Shown in pieces: positions 50,731-59,908 of a stretch of DNA of 59,908 nucleotides. This DNA is from Octopus bimaculoides (lineage: Eukaryota): NCBI RefSeq assembly GCF_001194135.2, contig NC_068985.1, positions 95,344,992 to 95,404,899 on the forward strand, written 5' to 3'. Within the stretch, counting starts at the first letter, position 1, and each line of letters begins with the position of its first letter. The notes beneath the pieces were generated by a model. The model made no database searches. It saw only the letters and a list, made by a program, of their open reading frames with translations, and was not told the DNA's origin. The position numbers and the translations under genes are program-made.

Positions 50731-51588
50731 GAGTTAAGCACTGTTTTCAATGAAATCAACTCCAACCAACCCCGAAATTGCTGGAATAGTGCCAACCCTT
50801 GAAATGGGTGTACTCTGGACAAGTATGTATGACAGAAAACATACGCATGAATCTACAACTGTCATATATCCACATGCATTTGTAGGCATATGTGTTTTGT
50901 GTTTTGTGTACGAGCATGCATACATACATAGGTCTATACATGGGGGTTCATCTCTCTCTCTCTCTCTCTCCCTCTCTCTGTATACNNNNNNNNNNNNNNN
51001 NNNNNNNNNNNNNNNNNNNNNNNNNNNNNNNNNNNNNNNNNNNNNNNNNNNNNNNNNNNNNNNNNNNNNNNNNNNNNNNNNNNNNNNNNNNNNNNNNNNN
51101 NNNNNNNNNNNNNNNNNNNNNNNNNNNNNNNNNNNNNNNNNNNNNNNNNNNNNNNNNNNNNNNNNNNNNNNNNNNNNNNNNNNNNNNNNNNNNNNNNNNN
51201 NNNNNNNNNNNNNNNNNNNNNNNNNNNNNNNNNNNNNNNNNNNNNNNNNNNNNNNNNNNNNNNNNNNNNNNNNNNNNNNNNNNNNNNNNNNNNNNNNNNN
51301 NNNNNNNNNNNNNNNNNNNNNNNNNNNNNNNNNNNNNNNNNNNNNNNNNNNNNNNNNNNNNNNNNNNNNNNNNNNNNNNNNNNNNNNNNNNNNNNNNNNN
51401 NNNNNNNNNNNNNNNNNNNNNNNNNNNNNNNNNNNNNNNNNNNNNNNNNNNNNNNNNNNNNNNNNNNNNNNNNNNNATATATATGCATATGCATATATAT
51501 GCATGCATATCTACATGTGAGTATGCGTCGTGTGTGTGTGCGTGAGTGTGAGTGAGAAACTACTTCCGCTCTTCACATTTCTTTGCAG

Positions 51589-51773
51589 GCTCTTCTCACA
51601 CAGACATGCTGTACGACATCAAGGGAAACGTCTCTCCACTATCTATCGTTACCAATATCACAAATCCCAGCTTCCGACTCACAAATAGACTGCCTCATCT
51701 TTCTGTCCTGTGTTCCTCACAGCGGGCTGTTTCAGTACCGCCTTTACTGTGCCCCACAGGACCACCTTCCTAA
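51589..51773 (+). CDS. Candidate 3'-terminal coding exon of an unidentified gene
   Basis: A strong acceptor (CTTCACATTTCTTTGCAG|G) is followed by a stop-free frame SSHTDMLYDIKGNVSPLSIV...SVPPLLCPTGPPS* in non-repetitive sequence visibly richer in G+C than its flanks. AATAAA lies at 51950-55. No upstream exon or homologue was identified. Confidence 0.3.
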
Positions 51774-52891
51774 GACTAACAACACAACATATCATTGCCT
51801 AAATTTGGCAAATAATATTCTTTTCATTTTTCCAAATCAAACCTCTCAAGATGTACACTCCACAATACGTCTGGACGTAATGCACTAGATATTTCAACAA
51901 CCTAGAGTACGACCGCCAAAAGTCGAGCATTTTCTTCACAAACGCACGCAATAAACTATAAGTAACAAAAGCATTTTAAACAATTATGCGTAACATAACA
52001 CCAAATTCTTATTTTTCCTATAGATAGTGACGTTGTCATCCAACAAAATAATTACTGACAATGGAAGTGGGAGATATTTACACTAAGCTGACTCTCAGAG
52101 GGCTCCTTCCATACATAAAACACATTCACTCTTAAACAACGTGATTCCATTCAAAGTTTTACATACGAAGTAAGTTGTTATATAATTTGAGAAAAAAAGA
52201 CATCACGATTGGAGAAGCAAATGGTTCGATTCTAGTCAAATATCGTGACTTACACGTGAAACCTGAGTTCTTAACAGTAAATATTTAAAGCATCACATGT
52301 AACATACATATAATATATTGGGAGTATATATTTTAATGTTCCTATGGAGAAATGGTTTGTATACGTGTATGTACATACATGGACACATACATACTTACAT
52401 ACATAGATATGTGTGTGTCTATAAGTATATATATATATATATATATATATATNNNNNNNNNNNNNNNNNNNNNNNNNNNNNNNNNNNNNNNNNNNNNNNN
52501 NNNNNNNNNNNNNNNNNNNNNNNNNNNNNNNNNNNNNNNNNNNNNNNNNNNNNNNNNNNNNNNNNNNNNNNNNNNNNNNNNNNNNNNNNNNNNNNNNNNN
52601 NNNNNNNNNNNNNNNNNNNNNNNNNNNNNNNNNNNNNNNNNNNNNNNNNNNNNNNNNNNNNNNNNNNNNNNNNNNNNNNNNNNNNNNNNNNNNNNNNNNN
52701 NNNNNNNNNNNNNNNNNNNNNNNNNNNNNNNNNNNNNNNNNNNNNNNNNNNNNNNNNNNNNNNNNNNNNNNNNNNNNNNNNNNNNNNNNNNNNNNNNNNN
52801 NNNNNNNNNNNNNNNNNNNNNNNNNNNNNNNNNNNNNNNNNNNNNNNNNNNNNNNNNNNNNNNNNNNNNNNNNNNNNNNNNNNNNNNNNNN

Positions 52892-52931
<40 letters not shown>

Positions 52932-53798
52932 AACATAGACGTCCATAAACGAAATGCATAATACTTTCCTATATGTGTGTATGTATATATAGAATTGTGT
53001 ATATATATACATGATGCTTGCATGCTTCCTTGTATGCATATGTGCCGTATCTATTATCTATACAGTACATTTTAGAATACTGTAGAATTATATTCTTTTA
53101 CATCAGTAAGTATAAGAACCAACGCTAAATTGACTGCAATTTCACTTAGCGTTCACACACGTCTCCGTTCTATTCCTTTCTGTGCACTTGTTATTATTTA
53201 CAATTATTGTTGTACATGAAGCTAATAATTGCAGAATTTCATTTCATGATTTATGGTGAAATGAGGTAAAATAAAAATGAACGCTACTTACCAAGCATTT
53301 ATGTATTTCTTTCTTTTTTTTTTTTTCCTGTGCCGGAATTAGATTTAGAAATTGTACATCTTAAAGGTTTAATTAACCTAAATGCTGCATTCGAAACGTA
53401 GACAGTGTAGAGATTCCCCATCGATAATAATTATAGAAAACGTGATCAGCTAAATGATTTCGATGAAATGGTAAATCATGTTTTATGTTTATTATTTAAT
53501 CTTCATACCTTATATTTTTTTCTTTTCGAAATTCATATATGCAAGAGTTCCGAATTAATATATTTCGGATTAATAGTGGTTATCATTTTTTTTTCAGTAG
53601 GTTAAATTCCTTATTACATTGCAATACATCATCAGTAGAATTTCCAGAACATTGATCAATTTAATATGTGCCTTTATTAAAATAATACGTTGCGCTGAAT
53701 CACAGTAATAGATTCCGTTTACCGTAATTGAATCGATGAAATATATAGGCGTATTTCTTAAGCAAATTGAAGAATAATTCAAAAGAAACATTAACAGC

Positions 53799-53858
<60 letters not shown>

Positions 53859-53910
53859 TAAATAGATAGATAGGTAGATAGATATACATATGCATACATA
53901 CATACATACA

Positions 53911-53942
<32 letters not shown>

Positions 53943-54571
53943 GCTCATTTTCTGCTTCTAATCAATATGAGGACGTAGGATTGATCAAGTAGAACAGATA
54001 AGTAGGTTAAGAGTAATATCAAACTGGTTAATACAGTTGTGAGTTATCACTAAAATAATTTTACGGAAGCTGCTACAGTATGTGTTAATATTATAAAATA
54101 CTAAAATCCATGTCTGTTCTTGTTTTAAATGCGAATGGTTCTTGTACGAAAATCAATTATGATATCGAAAATCTTTATCCGTAATAATATACCTTTCTAG
54201 ACACAGTATCTCCGATTTACATGCAATCGTGGCATAGTAGTCGTAAAAGCATACAAGAAATTGTCATATATAGTAATTTAAATAAGACTATATAAACCTA
54301 CAGAAACGCATATATCCAGCCTAAATAACTGGCAAAATATTAGCTATTAATTATTGAAAATAGTGATTTGAAATCGTTTTAACCGATACAAATTAAGTAC
54401 AGAATCCATTTAGTTGAATAAGAAAAATAAACACAAATTAAGTCCAATAAACAAAAACTTACAGTAATTGGGAGGCTGTTGAATATGCTTTAAAATAATA
54501 ACGTAAATTTAAGGTTTCATTAATATATGGCTGCTTATTTGCATACATATCTATCTATCTATCTATCTATC

Positions 54572-54623
<52 letters not shown>

Positions 54624-56619
54624 AAGTGTAGTATATTGCCNNNNNNNNNNNNNNNNNNNNNNNNNNNNNNNNNNNNNNNNNNNNNNNNNNNNNNNNNNNN
54701 NNNNNNNNNNNNNNNNNNNNNNNNNNNNNNNNNNNNNNNNNNNNNNNNNNNNNNNNNNNNNNNNNNNNNNNNNNNNNNNNNNNNNNNNNNNNNNNNNNNN
54801 NNNNNNNNNNNNNNNNNNNNNNNNNNNNNNNNNNNNNNNNNNNNNNNNNNNNNNNNNNNNNNNNNNNNNNNNNNNNNNNNNNNNNNNNNNNNNNNNNNNN
54901 NNNNNNNNNNNNNNNNNNNNNNNNNNNNNNNNNNNNNNNNNNNNNNNNNNNNNNNNNNNNNNNNNNNNNNNNNNNNNNNNNNNNNNNNNNNNNNNNNNNN
55001 NNNNNNNNNNNNNNNNNNNNNNNNNNNNNNNNNNNNNNNNNNNNNNNNNNNNNNNNNNNNNNTATATATATATATATATATATATGAGAACCCAATAAGT
55101 TTCGAAAATCGATAATGAAGGAAGTCCTGAATCTATTGTTTAAATAAGCCCTTCATTAGATCATACAGTCATTTTAGTCAGTGTGAGAGTGCATACCCGA
55201 AGAGACGTGCCATCGTCAGTGGTTTATAAGGAAAAAAGTGCTAAACAGAAAGAAGAACACGATGAAGATTAAAATTCGACTTTTAGCGACTATAAAATAA
55301 TAAACTGATAAAAACTGATCATTTCAGTACTTATCAACTGGTTCATTTTTTTCTGTGATGCAAATTACCCGCTGTCTCTCACAATAAAACAACCCACTCT
55401 ATTCTACACATGGATCAGCCTGTATTTTAATTACCTTAATAACCGGTTAGTTTTCATGTTTTTTCAAGCAATTAAAAAATATTAGTTGGTAGTCTTCCCT
55501 TCCCCGTTTACAATTTCGTCCTTATACTCTCCTACAAGGAAGTGTATATTGTATGATGCACTTGTCTGCTTTAACACGAACATTTTTATATATCTATATA
55601 CATGAATGTATGTGAGAGTCTGTGTATAGATGTGTTTGCATGTTTAATGTGTTGTGTGTGTGAGTATACAAAGAGCAACGTGTTTGTTGGAAAAGTGTTT
55701 TTTACATTATGACATTTAGATAAAAAGGCTTTTCATAACTTTTTTCTCCTGCTTCTCAATATCCGCAGATCATTCCTAAGTGAGCAAGCTTTTCATCGAA
55801 ATGTTTTTGTTTTTTTGCCTTTCACTATCATATGCATTAAACTATATTGGTCAAAATATCCAGGAGGTTTTCGCTTGCTCATTATAGTTGGAAGAACATT
55901 TGATTCCGTTTCTTTGAAATTCGTGCAATCACATAAATGCAGCGTAATTTTCCCCATTGACTTAATTTTCATATCTTCCACGTTATAGGAGAATTGCTCA
56001 CTTGTATGTGTGTCTGTACACGCGTGTTTGTGTGTTTGCATTTGAATATGTGCATATAAATATGTGACCTGCGTGAATGTTTATGTATACGATTATTTTA
56101 TTAGTGTTTTATTAAACAGTATATCTCTGGCTTGCGGTATATTGTGGATTATTGCAGAGCTTGTCGTAAGAATAAAAGTGCAATATATTGGTCTAAATGG
56201 TAAACTGTTTTGTTACTGGAGAGGTTTTAAGATAATAATTAGATAAGTAATATTGAATATTTTATGGGACGGATGTATGCGGTGGATTGATAGGGAAATT
56301 ACATTTTATGGTATCCGAATATAAATTATCCCTTAAATATTCTCATTTCACATGGCAGTCTTACTTTTCATGAGCGTGCCGGTAGCGTTCCTTCTGAGCA
56401 ATCCAGTTTTATTTATTTATTTACATTTTTGTTTTATCATCGTCAGCGTACCTGTCACTTCGAACACTCAGCGAACAACGTCATCGGAGAAAAATGGTGC
56501 GGGGCAGAAACGGACAGTAGGCGGGTGTGCTACCGCCATCGCAATATCAGTAAATTTACCTCCGATTACATACAAATGATGAAAATATTCGTTTCTAATT
56601 TTGGCACTAGAACACCACT

Positions 56620-56752
56620 TTGCAGGGACGGGAGTAAATCGATTACATCGACCCCGCCCCCCCCNNNNNNNNNNGGCCTCGGCTGACGAAATATTACGAA
56701 GCATTTTGGCTGATGTAACGATTCTGCCCCTGCTCGTCGCCTTAATTGCTAG
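56620..56752 (-). mobile_element. SINE family B variant spanning a small N-gap
   Basis: The minus strand reads AAGGCGACGAGCAGGGGCAGAATCGTTAC...AAAATGCTTCGTAATATTTCGTC...GGGGTCGATGTAATCGATTTACTCCC. Confidence 0.7.
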
Positions 56753-56814
56753 AAATATAAAAATTGCAGATACACATCCTGGTTTTGAATATGTAATACT
56801 ATATTGAGAAGGTG

Positions 56815-56903
56815 GTTAACACAATGTTTCGGCTGATATACCCTCCAGCCTTCATTAGGTGTCTTGGGGAAAGTTCGAACCTGGATTCTCATTCCTGAGG
56901 TAC

Positions 56904-56955
<52 letters not shown>
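56815..56955 (-). mobile_element. HHR-SINE copy 3 (headless, 3'-truncated, inverted relative to copy 4)
   Basis: The minus strand reads (AAT)n, CCTCAGGAATGAGAATCCAGG..., GACAC CTAATGA A GGCTG gagggtatat CAGCC GAAA CAT T GTGTT (motif 56818-56863). Confidence 0.85.
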
Positions 56956-56977
56956 GTTGTTGTTGTTGTTGTTGTAC

Positions 56978-57054
56978 GCCCACGGTCATATTGCGTAGTG
57001 GTTAAGCGCGCGGGCTACTAACCCCAAGATTCCGAGTTCGATTCCAGGCAGTGA

Positions 57055-57120
<66 letters not shown>

Positions 57121-57297
57121 ATTGAAAAATACCTTGAGAATGAGAACCCAGGTTCGATATTTCCTCAAGACATCTCATGGAGGGTATATCAGTTGTGTTA
57201 ACGTTTATTAACAACAAAAAAGATGAGGAGAAATATCCGTCAAATGTAAATAATGTAAGTAATGTACATAATTCCTCATCTCTTAAATATAGATCTA
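56978..57297 (+). mobile_element. HHR-SINE copy 4 (full length, ribozyme core deleted)
   Basis: The head GCCCACGGTCATATTGCGTAGTGGTTAAGCGCG...CCGAGTTCGATTCC has A- and B-box-like motifs. It is followed by about 20 AAT units, CCTTGAGAATGAGAACCCAGG, the remnant GACATCTCATGGAGGGTATATCAGTTGTGTT, and the tail GATGAGGA...TCCTCATCTCTTAAATAT. Confidence 0.85.
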
Positions 57298-59756
57298 TAT
57301 TGGGAAAACTTTAAATTTACGGGGGTCGTAAAAGAACTAAACTAATGTCAGACACCTGGAGAAAACACTAGAATATCCCTGTTGTTATGACAGTGATGAA
57401 TAATCCTCCTGAATTAGTAATGAGTATATAAAGTTATTATATTCTTGTCAGGATATTATATTATTAACCTTCTCTGAACACTTCTAAAATAAAGACCTGC
57501 TAACATAACATATTTCTCTCTATCGCCAAATATATTTAAGAAGAATAAACTTCAATAATAATACGCTGAAATCAGAGTGGATGTGATAATGTAAATACGA
57601 AAACAATAGTCTGAGTTATAGTGAAGGCGCGTGGCTCAGTGGTTATATATATCCTTGGTGAGATTCTTTTCAGAGGTAACACATTAAACATAAGCACTTC
57701 AGGGTTATACAGAAGAGAATATTAATAGAAAAGCTTTAGGTTTAAAGACTCCATTAAATCGCTAATTAGAATTTACGTTTTGACGCTATTAGATTTTGAC
57801 TGTATGTCATATTCTTCAATATATAACCTGAACTTCTGTAGATTTATCCTACTTTATATCGGTTTAAGAATTTACTTAGAAAAATAAAAACTCATAAAGT
57901 TGGATAATGTACTAGAAAATCAAATAAAACACGTGCGAGAATATGTACAAATCATTTTTCAAAAAACCGACATTAGCTGATAGTGTTTCGAGGTTAGCCG
58001 CATTCCTTAGAATCAGTTACAGAAGTACGTTGAAGTACACCTGTATTTGCTGACAGCTAAGATAGGCAAGATATAAATGAACGACGGATAAGTAATGTGC
58101 TTTCGCTGTAATGGTATAATAACGGCATGCCATATAAAAGGCAAAAATAATTTTAACGGAAACACTGTATTGACTAATGGAATGTACACACACAGAACAC
58201 ACAGCACACAAAAATACGCATCCATCCATTCAGCCAATCCTCCATCCACACATTCATACATATATACATACAAAACATATGCACATCTATCCAACGACAC
58301 ATACATACATATATATACACACACACTCACATCCAAGCATACAGAGCCATGTACAGTAAATCTATATATACACAAATACACACCCAGCTATATATATATA
58401 NNNNNNNNNNNNNNNNNNNNNNNNNNNNNNNNNNNNNNNNNNNNNNNNNNNNNNNNNNNNNNNNNNNNNNNNNNNNNNNNNNNNNNNNNNNNNNNNNNNN
58501 NNNNNNNNNNNNNNNNNNNNNNNNNNNNNNNNNNNNNNNNNNNNNNNNNNNNNNNNNNNNNNNNNNNNNNNNNNNNNNNNNNNNNNNNNNNNNNNNNNNN
58601 NNNNNNNNNNNNNNNNNNNNNNNNNNNNNNNNNNNNNNNNNNNNNNNNNNNNNNNNNNNNNNNNNNNNNNNNNNNNNNNNNNNNNNNNNNNNNNNNNNNN
58701 NNNNNNNNNNNNNNNNNNNNNNNNNNNNNNNNNNNNNNNNNNNNNNNNNNNNNNNNNNNNNNNNNNNNNNNNNNNNNNNNNNNNNNNNNNNNNNNNNNNN
58801 NNNNNNNNNNNNNNNNNNNNNNNNNNNNNNNNNNNNNNNNNNNNNNNNNNNNNNNAAGGAATAGTCACTGGTTAACGATCTATCATGGCTTCTGTATAGA
58901 TAAGTGTCTATGTACGTCTGTGTGTGTGTGGGGGGGGGGCTTAGAGGATGAGTGCATCTGTGTTTAATTCTCCACTCATTCATATTTAAGTTCCGGTATA
59001 TTTTACAAGTATATACAATGGATATACAAAGTATAAATTGAGATACGTTGCAATATTTCATATATTTATATATGTATATGTGTGCGTGAGTGTCTCTATT
59101 TGAGTGCGTGTCTGTATGTATGTGTGAATGTGCGCTTCTTATATTCATTACAACTAATCTTCCTCTGTAATATAAACAAATTGCGTTAAAATCAATATCG
59201 ACTGTGATTGTCTGATATGCAACTGAATTATATTTAGTACGTCTATAGAATCCTGAAGCATGTACTAATTCGATTTAGTTAAGGGATACAGCAAATGCTT
59301 CATTTAATCGAATAATACCTAATGTAGGAAACCTTATAAAAATTGCTATATTTTTCACCATTAGTGTTAGGAATAATATGTTTATATTCTGTTGTCTGCA
59401 TCTTTCCTCACTTAATGTGTTATAAGTAGGGATGTGTATCATGAAAATGTATCACACACACACACATATGCGTAAGGTACGCACGCGTAAAACACACATA
59501 TAACGTTGTATATGTACTGAAGTGTGATGACGTGTGCTTGAGTAACTTTATAATTATTCGTGACTATAAGGACACTGCTCCGATATGACGGATTTCATGG
59601 CGTGGTCTCTAATTCACACGCACACATTCACGTTACCTATTAAATACACGTCGTTGCTATAATGCAGAAGTGTCGTAAGTTCTCTTTCAGAAAACGAAAA
59701 AATAGTTCCTCCATTCCATAGCAAAACCATTGCACTACATTTAGACAATTTTTGAT

Positions 59757-59835
59757 GTCTCGCCCAAGATGCCACGCAGTGGGACTGAACCTGGATATAT
59801 GTGGCTGGATATCTAGCTTCCTACCACACAGTCAC
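59757..59835 (-). mobile_element. SINE family C head fragment
   Basis: GCCCAAGATGCCACGCAGTGGGACTGAACCTGGA...CTACCACACAGTCAC matches 12560-12635. Confidence 0.85.
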
Positions 59836-59908
59836 AAGTTTACTTTCGCGTGGTTATATCGTTAAAATTTCTTTCCTCTGTTTCCGTACATATATATATA
59901 TATATATA

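Noticed and set aside
56978-57050. tRNA-like sequence with A and B boxes (also at 13771 and 12660)
   Set aside because: No complete cloverleaf with acceptor stem and anticodon arm. Each is followed by SINE body sequence, so these are SINE heads rather than tRNA genes.
5432-59148. Many long ORFs (100-384 aa) in the ORF track containing X runs and [20 protein letters not shown] tracts
   Set aside because: They are artefacts of N-gaps and dinucleotide microsatellites, which lack stop codons in most frames.

Overview
AT-rich, repeat-dense eukaryotic genomic DNA from a short-read assembly, with about 19 N-gaps, most flanked by (TA)n/(TG)n microsatellites. The SINE complement looks like that of a coleoid cephalopod, probably Octopus (inferred from recognised repeat sequence, not from a search). 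No host protein-coding gene can be identified with confidence: most long ORFs in the track are N-gap or microsatellite artefacts, and there is one weak candidate terminal exon at about 51.6-51.8 kb. The window holds at least five tRNA-derived SINE families, decayed LINE fragments (RTE, CR1/L2-like, R4/Dong-like, Penelope-like), Tc1/mariner and hAT relics, and several local duplications. The most notable signal is a short element present in four copies with the layout tRNA-like Pol III head, then (AAT)n, then a minimal Type I hammerhead-ribozyme motif, then a 3' stem-loop. One copy (37188-37233) has an intact catalytic core, and two copies form an inverted pair at 56.8-57.3 kb. This suggests a ribozyme-bearing SINE that may be mobilised by Penelope-like elements.
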